Below, in pieces: positions 13,711 to 25,990 of a stretch of DNA of 64,000 nucleotides. The notes under the pieces were generated by a model, which saw only the letters and a program-made list of their open reading frames with translations, did not search any database and had not been told where the DNA came from. Source of the stretch: Guillardia theta CCMP2712 (lineage: Eukaryota; Protista; Cryptophyta). The position numbers and the translations under genes were made by a program. Where the stretch lies: the NCBI RefSeq assembly GCF_000315625.1, contig NW_005434652.1, positions 758,091 to 822,090 on the forward strand, written 5' to 3'. The stretch's first letter is position 1, and each line of letters begins with the position of its first letter.

Positions 13711-15148
13711 CTACTCCAGGTTACGCTCTATAAGCCATCGTTCCATCGCGAAAAATGTGCCTGCGGTTTTGTCAGTTACGCTTGGAACGAAAGGCATATT
13801 GAATTCACCTTCAGCTATCCTCGAGCTCAATTCGGACGCGAACATGGTAGTTTCATCGTGATTGGCGTGGACAAGAGTCACGTCGATGGCGGAAGTCTCT
13901 GGAGTTCCCTGTATCTGAGTCGCACTCAATGAACGACGACAGTCTCTTCTTCCCTTGCCTGTTTCGCCCTGGGTTTGGCAGAGCAAAGGGCCTCAACAAC
14001 AGAAGCTTCTATCCACGTGCAAGCGTCGACTTCTGAGGGTTCCATGGTAAGGATCTGAAGCAAGTGTCAGTGAATTGGAATATTTCATTCTGTGATGGCA
14101 ACAGGTTTCTCAGTCGTTAACGTCGCCACCATGTAAACAACGAGATAATGCCGTCGAAGTCCTGATCCAGGGCGAGGTGGCCATGTTCCTAAGTCGCCTT
14201 TGATTGAAGGTGATCAACAGGCAGAGTTTTAGTCACCCTCCGCATAATTCCACTTGTGATCACCACAAAAAGTAGCTTCGAACAACCCAAGAATACGTAA
14301 CGAATTCTTCTCTATCGAAAGGCCCACCTCTTCTTTCACTTCACGAGCTGCTGTATCGAATAGATCCTCTCCCAAATCAACATGACCTCCTGGTAACACC
14401 CATGCTCCAGGATACGTTCGCATCTGTTATGAGGGTCACGCACAAGGACTTACCGCAGTCAGACTTCACTGATTGCGATCGTCTGGTTATAAGAATCCTT
14501 TTCGCAGCATCCTCGACCATCACAGATACTGCAACTCTGACTCCCTCTGATTCTTTGCAGAGACATTCAAGAATTCCATCATCCACTAGAGATGCTGGAC
14601 AAGGTTTGGCATGCTGCAAGACAGTGCAGAAGCTAATGACGGGAGGTCAGAATGTCGATGCAGGAGAATTATTCCAGCACCTCCCTTCCATCTGTTTCGG
14701 GCATGTTTCTGCAATGGGTAATATCTTCAATTTTGAACTTGTTTGATCGTACATGACCTTCTCATTGAACCAAATTCACTCCATGGGTACACGAGAAGGA
14801 ATTCATACCTCGACTGTACTGCAGAATTCATAATCTTCCACATTGAATCCCAAATGCTCAAATCTATTGGGCCACGTACCATGATGCTTTCGTCCCGCAT
14901 CCAGACCGATGAGCATCCGCTTGATGCATCGTCCTGCCGACAGAACATCCTGTTGAGTAAAGTTGGTATCGTGAGGATCATCTCCGGAAACTTCTCACTC
15001 GTCTGTGGACTCCTCCACATCCCTTCTACTTCACGTCTACTTCCTACCACGCATATGCCATCCAGCTCTTGTCTGCCTTCTTCCCTCATCTCCTCACCTC
15101 GCCTTCTCCTATGCACGCCACTGGTCCAGCCTTCATCGGAGCAGCCAT
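13711..15148 (-). CDS. Nudix hydrolase (NUDT17-like); multi-exon
   Basis: ILITRR..MRTYPGAWVLPGGHVDLGEDLFDTAAREVKEEVGL contains a full Nudix box. Start 15148 (MAAPMK) inferred from splicing. Confidence 0.85.
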
Positions 15149-15179
15149 CTTCACATGCTCCGATGTGGCTCGGAAATTT

Positions 15180-15340
15180 CAGTCACTCCGCCCGGCCGGC
15201 GCCAGGCCCCGGGGTGACCAACGTGACCTCACGGCGGCGGCCGCCCGGCCCCGGCGGGGACTCCGACGGGCCCTCGGGCCTGGCGGCCGGCCCGGCCACG
15301 GTCAGTCCCGGCGACGTACTAGCGGCACAGCCGCTCACGG
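15180..15340. promoter_or_regulatory. Very GC-rich CCGG/GTCAC/CAGT word block abutting the Nudix 5' end
   Basis: Non-tandem mosaic of ccggc, ggccc, gtgac, gactc, cacggt; similar blocks at 29455-29740, 52010-52270, 57540-57770. Confidence 0.4.
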
Positions 15341-15799
15341 TAGTACTGCACTGCTTTCAAGTTCCCCAGATTCGTGAGTGGAGCCGCAGTTGACTCAAGG
15401 GTGGGGCAGCGGCAGCCTCAGTGGTGTGTTTGAAGTTTGAAAATTTATCGGAGTTAATTCAGCATGAACGGTCCCACCGTGGCTCCGGCCCGGTAGTACT
15501 AGCTGGACGCTCTCAACCTTCGACCTTGCTGCACTCCCCCTGCTCGTTCTCGCGATACCTGTGACACAAGGATCGTCAGCTCGGCTCGCTGCTCGGAGTC
15601 TCCTGTCGCTCACCCGGCAGCACAAATACAACCCGACGTCCCCTCGTCAAAGACGGAGTGCGGGCCTGTCACATGTCACTCGCGGCCAAACAGCATTCCC
15701 TCCTCCTCACCCATCAGCTTCCAGCAGAACTGCTGCCCCGGAGTTGCGGACTCGTTCAGCTGAGCTTCTGCCTGGCTCGACTCGCCAGTAGGAGAGAGC

Positions 15800-18700
15800 T
15801 GCTCATTTACAGCAGTAGTTGGGCTGGTGGTGGTGGTGGTGGTGGTGGTGGTGGTGCTGCTGCTGCTGCTGCTGGCGGTGGTGGTGGTGGTAGAGGAGGA
15901 GGTGGAAGTGGTGTTGGCGGTTGAGTTGGCAGTCTGGCCGACCTTGTTCTTGAGCTTGGCGAGCTTGCGAGAGATCAGCGGAGAGGATCAAGGCAGCAGT
16001 CCTCACCTGCTCCTCAAACGCCTCCTGGCTCAGCGGCGGCGGCTTCTCTGGTTGGGAAGATTCGGGGGGAGGAGGAGCAACCTCGTCCTGAGATGAGGCG
16101 CTGGCGTCTTCGGGCCCCGTCAGGTTCCTCCGCAGCTTCTCGACGGCAGTCTCCGCTTCCTTTGCCTGCGGGGGTCAGCGAGCTGCCGAGATAATCTGAG
16201 AGCGCACCTTGCTCATGATCTGGATGGCCGACATGGCGTCCTCCTCGAAGAACTGTGAAGACATCAAAGGAGGGAGGGAAGGTAGGGGGAGGATACCTTC
16301 TTCCACCTCTTCTCCGCCTCTCTTTTCTTCCTTCTTTCCTGCACCATCTCCTTCAGAGCGAGCAGCGTGATACTCTACCTCCTCCTCCACCTCCATCTTC
16401 GCAAGGCGACTCTCGTTCGTCGACGAACTAGTGTCGTTGCGCGCCTGGGATGAAGTCAGCAGAGTTTCATGTCTGAAAGTCTCGTACAGGATCATGAGAA
16501 GTGTTGGAAGACGCGCTTGCATTGAGATCTCCAGGGGAGGCAACTGCTTCCTCCATTCTCCTCCTCTCTCTCTCCATCTCAGCTTTTACCACCTGTGACA
16601 TGTCATCTCATCGAGAAGCAGCATGCCGATTCTCACCGTCACGTATCCTTCAGCCCTGTCAAACATCTTGGCCGTGCTTGACATCTCAGACGCTTTGATC
16701 TTGTCCGCCTCCTACATTCCCTCCCATCACAAACAGTTCACTTCGTGCAGCAACAATCACATCTCTCGCAGCTTTCATGTCAGCAGAGACTCGTCGCCTC
16801 GCCGCCTCTCTGTCCTCGTCACTGATCTCTTGCTTCTTCTCCTTCTTCTCCTTCTTCTGTCGTCTTGGCACGCATCTCGTCTTATCCCTCGACAGCTTGT
16901 ACCCCTCGCTGCCATCTCATCACTCGCCTTCACGGCCCTCCCAGCTGCCCATCACCTGCAGTCGCACATCTCTCCGTCGAAGAAAGCTCCCTCGCCAAAC
17001 TGCTGCTGACACTGAGTGTCCAGGCTCGGCAAGCATCTGCCGTCTTGATCAACCAAGAGCAATGGAAGGAGGGGAGGGGAGGAGAGGAGGAGAGGAGGAG
17101 GGGAGGAGGGCCGGACGGAGGGAGGGGGGGGAGGGAAGGAGGTAGGGAAGGGAGGGGGGAAACAGAGCATCATTCAACTGCATGTAGACTCGAAGGATTT
17201 TGGTCTTACCCTTCCTTTGTCGCCACGTATCCTTCCTTGCAGACACAACTTTCCTCGCCGTCCCACATTGCTGCTTCTCCGAACTGCGACTTACACGCCT
17301 TTTCGAACCTTTCCTTGTCAGAGGCTCCATCCTCTTCCCCCGCTCTCTCAGACAGCCCCGACGCTTCACCTCCCATCGCATGCTCCGTGTCCGCCATCGT
17401 CCCGCCCACCATGGATCTGCCGGAGAAGAAGTTCCAGAACTCGGAGAAGTCAATGTAGTTGTCATGGTCGAGGTCGTGCTTCAGTAGTGCTCTCCTTCCC
17501 TCCTCTCCTTCCCCCGCAGCAACTCCAAACCGTTGGAAGTCGATGCTGATGGAGCGCTTCAAGACCTCCTGGTCGTCCAAGCTGGTTCGGGAGTGAGTTG
17601 CAGGCAAGTAAGGCAGGAGATGCTCACAGTGCGTTCTTGTCCGAGTCGAGAAGATCGAAGTACTTCTTCACCTCCATGAGGTCATGAAATCCTCCTGAGA
17701 GAGGAGAGACCAAATTGCTTTCTCCTGCAAGAAATATCAGCTACTAAGGCAGAAACTGCACGGAGAGAAGAGGAAAAGCGAACATGGGAGGAAAGGATAG
17801 AAGCACAACGGGAGCAAGAGAGTCGAGAGACGTGGAAGGGAGTAGAAAGGAGGAAGGATAAAAGGTGATGATTGAAAGGAAATTCTGCTTCACCAGATTT
17901 GCTGCTTTTGTCGACGCAGTACCCGGAGGAGTCCTGAGGAGTTCGGCGGAATCAGACACTGCACACCTGGTCCTCCACGCTCCTCCATCCTCCACGCTCC
18001 TCCATCTCCTTCTTGACCTCATCCCTCTTCCCGCTCCCTCTCAACCTCCGATCTCGTTCCCCTCACCTCTTTGTATCCCTCAGCGCACGTACAGTTGTTG
18101 ATGCGATCGAAGAGGGAAGACGGGCCTCGCCTCGTTCTGCATCCTTCGTCCGATCCCTCAGTGCAGGTGCCGTTGATGTCCTGAGTGAAACCTCGCCTGC
18201 ACCTGCGACGCTCCCAGTGAGGGCAGCGCGACGCTATCGGACAGGCAGAGCAGCGAGACGATATGTAGCAAGGGGAAGAAAGAGAGGGAGGAAGGGGAGG
18301 GGAGACGTTGAGGAACGCAGCAGGTGGGAGTGCACAAGAAGAAAGGACTGGAGGTTCAACTGACGAAGAGGAGGGAAAGGGCCAGAAAAACTACAAGGAG
18401 AGCGAAGTTGATTAAACTTGAAAAAGCATGACGGGATCGAGGGCAGAGGATACATGAATGGAGGCAACGAGGAGCATCAAACAGTTGGGGGAGGATGAGG
18501 AGGATGAAGGAGCACATCCACCTGCATGTTCGCACGCCATCGAACACAGCCTGTTCGCCTAAGATCCTCCTGCAAGTCTCGTCCGACCCAGGCACGCATC
18601 TTCCTTCCTCCTCCACCAGGCCTAGTCCGCACACGCAGTTCCTCTCCCCGTCGAACATGCCGCCCTCTCCCAGCCGCCTCCTGCTGCCACATCAGAGAGA

Positions 18701-21700
18701 GGCTTTCTCCGCCCCTTCCATGCTTGCTCTCATTCAACCCACAGATTTCACTTCCTCCTCTTCCCATTGCCATTCCCATCTCTATCTCTCCTCCTCTACC
18801 CTCCATCTTCACTCTCCTTCCCCCCTCTGTCGTACGCACATGCAAATCTCATCGTCTCCTTTGATACATTCCATATTTCCCGCCGATCCCTGGGCAAGAA
18901 ATCCTCTCCTGCATCTGCATGCATCTTGCCCATCGAACTCTACTTCTCCTGACATGATTGTCTGACAGACAAGATCGTTGGATCGAACGCATTTGCCCTG
19001 GGAACAAGTTCAACCAGAATCATTGATTGAACATCAAACACAACGAGAGCATCACAACCACCATAATCGCAACTACCATCATCAAGAACAACTTCGTCAA
19101 AATCATGCTGATCATCAGCAACTTCTTCCAGATACTTGGGTGATCACCTTGAGATACATCCTTCCAACTCCACAGGAGCAAGCGACCCCCCCGTCAAAGC
19201 TGACATCGTCACCGTAATTCTCTCTACAAACATTGTCTGAAGCTTCGAGACAGGTTCCTCCGATGTCGGTGAAGCCTCGCTTACATCTGACAACATGTCA
19301 ATTCTGCCCTCCTTGACAGGCTTTTGTTTCACTTGCAACTTTGCGACTGATGGTCGAAACGAGAGTTTGGTCCCATCAGGCTTCCGCACAGAGAGTCAGT
19401 TCCAGGAGAGCATCTTGTTCAATTCAAAATCTCTCAGCACAAGTCGGAGAAGATACATGAATCAATACTTCTCGGCAGCGTCAAGAATGTAGCCTCGCGC
19501 ACATTTGCAGTTGTTGTTGCCGTCAAACTTGGTATTTTTGCCATGAAGTAGCTGACAAACAGCATCGTTTGTCGCAGAACACCTGGACAATGTCATCTTC
19601 AACTTCTCCACCAAGGCGACATCTTCGGATGTCTTACTTGTCGTTGATCAGCGAGAATCCACTCTTGCACTCACAAGTTCCAGTGAAACGGTTGTACTCG
19701 GCCTGATCTCCGTACTCCTGATGTGTTGAGAAGGTGACTAGACGTGATTCAAGATTTCTCCATCTTACTGAGACGCAGATAGAATTATTGCCGACCACGC
19801 ACATCGTTCCTTCCTCCCCCCTCACTGCAAGGCTTCCTCGCTTGCAGATACAAGCCTGTGACCTTGTGGTGACGATCGACCTCTCGCCTGCTAACTCTCA
19901 CCTGGTTTCCATCGTACTCTGCAAGCCCGTGCATGCTTTCACACAGCTCATTCTTCCCGGGCTCACAAACGCCTTCTGCGTTCATCATGTATCCATGGTT
20001 GCTGCTCTATCAATCAGCTCCTTGCCCTGCCATCTCACCCCCCTCCCCCCCCCTCCCCTCCTCCTCCTCCTCACCACACGCAATTCTGTCCGTCAAATCT
20101 TGAGTGCACACCGAGACCCAGTGAAGCGCATGCTGAGCTTGAGCCCATGACGCACGAGTTGTCGATGAGGACGAAACCCCTCTGGGAACGAGAGGGTGAA
20201 ATGTCACAATGCATTCAAGAAGAATGCGGCAAGTGAAATTCAAGATGAGGACGAGACAAAGTTTTGACATTAGACCAGCCATGACCACAGGAGACAAGGT
20301 TCAACAATCGTCGTTGGTCGTCGTCATCGTCATCGTCATGTTCATCATCGTCGTCATCGTCATCATGTTCATCGTCATCATCATTGGAAGAACAATCACT
20401 CAGGGAGAATCAATTCCTACAAACATTGAACGTCCTTATCATCCTCTATCTTCTCTCACCATGCAGCGACAGTGATTGTTTCCGTCGAACTCCACATTTT
20501 CACCGAACGCCTTGGAGCACAACTTGTCTGATCCTCCCACGCACTTCTTTCCCCCTGTGACATCTGACGTGTACCCTGCTTGACACTTGCATCCTCCCTG
20601 CTCATCTTGTCAGACCTGCAGACAACAAAAATACCATCTTTCCTTTCCATCCGCTTCATAGCGCTTGCCGAAAACTTTCAGACATTCCCCGTTGCTATCT
20701 ATCATCCCATCGAGAATTTTCCTCGCTTGAAGCTCGTGCTCCTTTGAGGAAACGTGCTCCAACACCCCCTCTCCTTTCCCCTCGTTCTCCTGCTTCCCTC
20801 TCCTCTCCTCCATGACATCTGCAAGGTTTCGGACACACATGCTTCCATTCAGAAAGTGACCGTCCTCGCAGTCGCACATCCCCTGGAAGTCATGCGGCGA
20901 TCTCTGCCGCCACCTTCCCATTTCCCCATAGCGCTGAGGTACAGTCAGAACCCTCCAGCAGGTCACTCGACCCCAGCTCACCATCCTGCAGACGGCGTGC
21001 TGAAGCATGAAGATGGACCTGAACCGCTCGCTGTACTTCTCACTCTGCTTCCCTGCTTGCGATGTGTCACCCCGACGATCAGGCAGCTCGAGAGCGAACA
21101 GACCAGGAGAGATGAGCGACGAAACAGGCTGGCAGACTTGTCTCTCATCCATGGTGTAGTTCTGCGATAAGGTCAACCATGACTTTCTCCATTCGGTGTG
21201 CTGTTCCTGCATGCAACGACACCCTCCCCTTTCGTTCGGAACTGCCGCAGGTCCAGCTGCAGCAACCAACACCGTGAGAATTTGGGCCCCGGAGCCGGGC
21301 TGTTGAGAATGGAGCCTTGTCAAGGCATTCTTACAGAGGTTCTTGCAGACTTCATTCAGTGCTTTGCGCACGTACACCTTCTCCACGATCATCTCCGCGC
21401 ATTGCTGTGTGCAACCGAGTCAAGATCAGTTTCCTCAGCACATGCAAGTCACCTTGGCAGTGTAACAGCCCAGCGACTCGAGCTGTCGGGAGGTCTCAGC
21501 CTCTTAATCATGCACCATCTCCCTCACCTGCTGCTCCGTTGCCTTCTGATCCAACGGCATGCCATAGCGTTCGAGCATCCTCTCCAACAACTGAGTTCGC
21601 AGAGTTATCCCCGAGGAGATACCCGACATCCTCCACCTTCTCATACGAATGAGCGCCGGCAAAATCTCTCCAGAGAGCAGCAACATGCGCTGATAGATGT

Positions 21701-23260
21701 CTGCAGGAAGAATGAGTCTACTGGAGTGACAGGGGTGTAGACGGACAAGACGTCTTGTTTTCCGAAGGTCACTCTATCATACACCAACACATCTTGCGGA
21801 GAAGTATCGTGCTGAAGAATCTCTTCCAAGGTGGGAATCTTTCCAAACCAAGGCGGAGGCACGTATGATCTCTGAGCAACACTTTTCCTGCTGATTGGAT
21901 GCAATCAAAAGACCAGCCATAGTCTGGAAACACAATCAGGAACCTGTCCGTCCTGTTCCCCCCATGTATGCCAATGCGAGATGTTCTCCTTGCAGACTCA
22001 AGACAAACATCTGCACTCCTTCCTGACAAAGCATTCTCTTCGCTCGCAATGCAGCGAAACCCAGTCTCTACTTGGCACTCTGAAGAGCATCCATCGCCAT
22101 CGTTCGTGTTACCTACCATCGCAATCAGAACTCTAGCATACTTGTCTCATGAATCTACCGTCATCACACTCTTCGTTTTGTGCTCTCCTACCATCGCCGC
22201 ATGCTTTATCCATCACCTTCGAGCATGTCTGCACGGATCTCCTCTTCGGATTTGTGCTCTCACATACGTAACCAGGTTCGACCTGACAGCTGGCGGAACA
22301 ACCATCCCCGTTCTTGAGATTTCCATCTTCGCAGCCTTCGACGTCTGCGTGTCGAGCATCCCCACAGATTGCCAGACAATCTTCTCTCGACGCGCTTCCG
22401 ATGCTGATCGTTCCGTTCCCACCAGGACAAGAAAGGCAAGTCTCCGAGCCGGAGGAGGGCTGGTAGGTGCCTCTTGAGCAGAGGGAGCAAGGTTCTACCC
22501 CCTCGCGCCCGTAGGATCCTGGCTTGCAGTTTGCAACACAGTCTGCAGGAGATGTCGATCCTCTGCCGACGGTGCTCAGACCAGACGGACATTTGTCGCA
22601 CTTGGTCGAACCTTTCTGTGACTGATATTTGCCTCTTTCGCAGGGCCAACAAGGCTCTTTGCCGCTAATTTCATTTTCATCCGGAATGAGACTGGAAGTG
22701 CCAGCTGGACATTCTGATCTTTTGGCCCCACATACCGAGGACTTTGAACCATAACAAACATTCTCAATAAGCGGCAAACCAGCCTTGACAGTCTTGACAA
22801 ACAATCTTTCCCATTCCTCTGTAAAATCTTCGCACATGGATTGCAGTTTGGATCCTGAATCCACATCGATACCTTCCAGATCATGATCAGCTGGCCGGAT
22901 GCCATTGTGCCGAATCAGAAGGAGCCGCACATAGTCGCCAATGACACTGCTGCGATAGTTCCGAAACGAATGGCATGCGGCTTGCAAGGCGTCAGTTATC
23001 CTCATCTCTGAGTCCACATACCGTATTGCTCTTCCGCCCTGTGATTTACCTTTGTCAGCAGCAGGTCTCCTTGCCAATTCAATCACTTCTGTCGAGTTCA
23101 CTGACTTTTCTAGTTCCCGTTCCAATTCTTGAACAAGCGTGACACAAATAGCACATTTGAATGTTTGGGGTCCGCGCTTGTTAGGCTTCGAACTAGAAGC
23201 TGTAAGAATGATGGAACTGATAATTGCAAGAATAAGGTATGAAGATGAAAATCTAGCCAT
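15800..23260 (-). CDS. Giant secreted Cys-rich multidomain protein (Canopy-like saposin, GCC2/GCC3 repeats, DUF4215 repeats, ~15 four-Cys repeats, EF-hand pair, low-complexity tail); may be two genes
   Basis: Signal peptide MARFSSSYLILAIISSIILTASS. FKCAICVTLVQEL..YVDSEMRITDALQAAC..LQSMCEDFTEEWE (CNPY-like). CWPCERGKYQSQKGSTKCDKCP repeats. CGDG..EECDDGN.NDGDGCSSECQVE. Downstream exons repeat C-x3-4-G-x4-FDG-x3-C-x-C-x2-G. EF loops DSDKNALLDDQE and DLDHDNYIDFSE. 3' end approximate. Confidence 0.7.
15824..15905. repeat. (GGT)n/(GCT)n trinucleotide tract
   Basis: Directly visible; would encode poly-Pro/Ala (or His/Gln) on the minus strand. Confidence 0.9.
20318..20385. repeat. Intronic (ATCGTC/CAT)n microsatellite
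   Basis: tcgtcatcgtcatcgtcatgttcatcatcgtc... lies between Cys-repeat exons. Confidence 0.8.
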
Positions 23261-24045
23261 TTCAACTTCACTGAACGAATGTATCACGGGATCATTCCAG
23301 CCGAACTCTCCTCATTCACTAGCCCCGAGGATGCACATGGTTCAAGGATGAGACACGGAGTTAGGGAGTTCTGATTCTAGCAGTAAGTTTTCATATCTAG
23401 AAGTGATGTACTTCCATGTTCGCTCCTCCTCCTTCTCTCCTCTTCACTCGCCGCAGCGAACCGCTCGTGCTCTGCAGCATGGCAGTGGCCTCAACATTAT
23501 AAGAAACTATAATTATTTCAACCATTATATATATTTATGTATAATAGCCCCCGGGGCCCGGCGAGTTTTGCTCATTGGGTTTATTAGAGTTGGAGTTGAG
23601 TTTGAGTCAGCGTGAGTTGACCCTTCATGGCTGCCGGGCGCTTGATGATGAGGCTGGAGCAGTGGAGGAGAGGGAGAAGAAAAAGTGAGGGTGGAGGATA
23701 GGGGCAAGGATTTAGAAGATCAATTCTCAACTGAATTACGAGAGAGGATTGAGGAGCAGATCGCATGCGCCATGGGATCCACATTTCGATGTGAGCATAC
23801 GGAGGGTGGAAGCCGAGGATAGAGTGAGAGTTGGTTGCCAGCTGAGAAGAGAATGCCCTAGCGAAAATACAACCTTGGTCCTTTTGACAATGCACATGAA
23901 AAAAAGTGCAGCAAGACTATGTTATCAATCACCAAAACAAGCAACGATAGATGTACAGTCAACACAATCGTTTTCATGGTTGTTGATTGTCGAGAGTACA
24001 TCATGTAGGGCTCTTATTGTCTTTCTGATTTTTTTTGTTGGTAGA

Positions 24046-24525
24046 ATGTTGAGCTTCTTGCCGATTTATTCTCTTGGGTTGAGCACCTTTGCCGGGTACA
24101 ACACGGTAAGTGCAGTACCATCGTACAGAAATATTTCTCATGTTTCCCCTCATTTTTTTGGAACAGAAGGAGAACTCTCCCATGACCCCTGGCATGGGAT
24201 TGAACCGGGACAAAAACGGATATTACTATCCTGAATTTCAGCGTGTCAAACAGGGTGATTGGCGCTTTCAGAATTATGACATGGACACCAGCTATTTGGT
24301 TGTCCACAAGTCTCAATGTAGACCGGTCTGCTGACATACTCGACTCAGATCCCTGAGGTGAATGCCTATGAGTCTGATGGCGCATTCTCGGGCCCTGGTG
24401 CTAACCTGGACATTGCTATGATTGGTGACATACATCCTTAGTTGTCTGTCTTCGAATGACCTTTGGACGCAGCATAATCTACTTGAAGGCCGTGTACAAG
24501 GATCTGAAGAATTTTAATTTTTAGT
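24046..24525 (+). CDS. Small hypothetical protein, 3-4 exons
   Basis: MLSFLPIYSLGLSTFAGYNT/KENSPMTPGMGLNRDKNGYYYPEFQRVKQGDWRFQNYDMDTSYL/IPEVNAYESDGAFSGPG.. with canonical GT-AG junctions; last exon unresolved. Confidence 0.45.
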
Positions 24526-24821
24526 ATGTTGAAGTATCTTCCTGGGCAGGTTTCATCTGTGAGTAGATCAAAATGAAATTGTCACTTGATTCGGTGCAAG
24601 TTTCGCAATTCAGACTGTTATCGGATTGAGAACGATTGAATGCAGCATTTCATACTTCAAACTATCAGGTCTGGAAGCACAAGTCAGTTCTCATAGCGTT
24701 CCTGCAATTTCAAATCAAACAAATGCGCTCGTGAAAATGTGTACAAAGAGCGTTGGATTGCAATTCAGAACTTTCTACAAGAAACACATCGCCCTTCATT
24801 GAAAATACAGATTTAAACAGC

Positions 24822-25941
24822 TTAGGCACTCTTGAAGGTACCGCAATCAATAACGTAGCGAACGAGGGAATCGTTCTTGCCCTCAAGTTTCATCAAAGCG
24901 TCCTTGATCTCAGAGGCACCGATGACCTTAACATCAGGGAAGATGTTCTTGGAGCAGCAGAAATCAATCATTTCCTGGGTGCGCTTCATGCCACCGATCA
25001 AGGATCCAGTGACACTCTGACGTCCAAAGAGAAGGGCAGATCCAGCAACAGAGAGAGGCTTGGCAGTGAGGCCAATCATGACGTGAGTTCCCTTTGTGGC
25101 AAGGAGGCTGATGTAAGGCATGACCTCGTGATCAGCGCTAACGGTGTCCAAGATGATGTCCAAAGACTTAGCCGCCTTGGCCATGGCATCCGCATCAGTG
25201 CTCAACAAGAAGTTGGTAGCACCCATAGACTTAGCTCCAGCCTCCTTGTTAGGGGAGGTGCTGATAGCGGTCACCTCGGCTCCCATAGCCTTGGCGATCT
25301 TGATGCCCATCATGCCAAGTCCTCCTAGGCCAACAATTCCGACCCTGGTGCCGGCTTTCACGCCGTGCTCGACGATAGGATCGTACATGGTGATACCAGC
25401 GCAGAGCAGGGGAGCAGCCTTATCAAGCTGGACATCCTTGGGCACCTTCACAGCAAAGTGCTGGAAACACAGTGTGAGATAGGAAGGAAACAAACAAAAA
25501 TGCACATACCTCGTTGACAACCATCTTGTCACTGTAACCTCCAGCAGTTGGCTTGCCTGCAGGTCCGCAACGGCCGTACTTAGAAACGCCACCGTACGTG
25601 AAGGTTGATCCAGTGTTGCAATACTGCTCCTCATGCTGCTTGCAGAACTTGCAATCCATGCAGGAATCCACCATGCATCCGACACCGATGTTGTCCCCCA
25701 CTTGGAACTTGGTAACCTTAGATCCTACGGCAGTCACAGTGCCGATCAGCTCGTGTCCAGGCACCATCGGGTACTGAGAGAAGCCCAGGTCGTTCTTGAT
25801 GAAGTGAACGTCGGTATGGCAAATACCGCAGTACTTGATGTCGAAGCTAACGTCCATGTCACCAGGAGCATAGCGATCAAACTTATGGGGCGCGAGGGAG
25901 CCGAGATCGGCAGACATAGCGGCATAACCGTTGACGGACAT
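24822..25941 (-). CDS. Zn-dependent NADP(H) alcohol dehydrogenase, cinnamyl-alcohol dehydrogenase/YahK family; 2 exons
   Basis: YCGICHTD, PGHE, VGCMVDSCMDCKFCKQHEEQYC structural Zn site, AAPLLCAGIT, GLGGLG, RYVID; one intron at ~25463-25509. Confidence 0.95.
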
Positions 25942-25980
25942 GGCAACAGAGGAGGGATGGGCGAGGCGTAGGCAGCCGGG

Positions 25981-25990
25981 TGTATATAAA
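25981..25990 (-). promoter_or_regulatory. Candidate TATA box of the ADH gene
   Basis: TTTATATACA on the minus strand ~45 nt upstream of the ATG, in an otherwise GC-rich context. Confidence 0.5.

Noticed and set aside
24753-25971. Long antisense ORFs over ADH (also over dynein and LMF)
   Set aside because: Shadows of biased codon usage on the coding strand.
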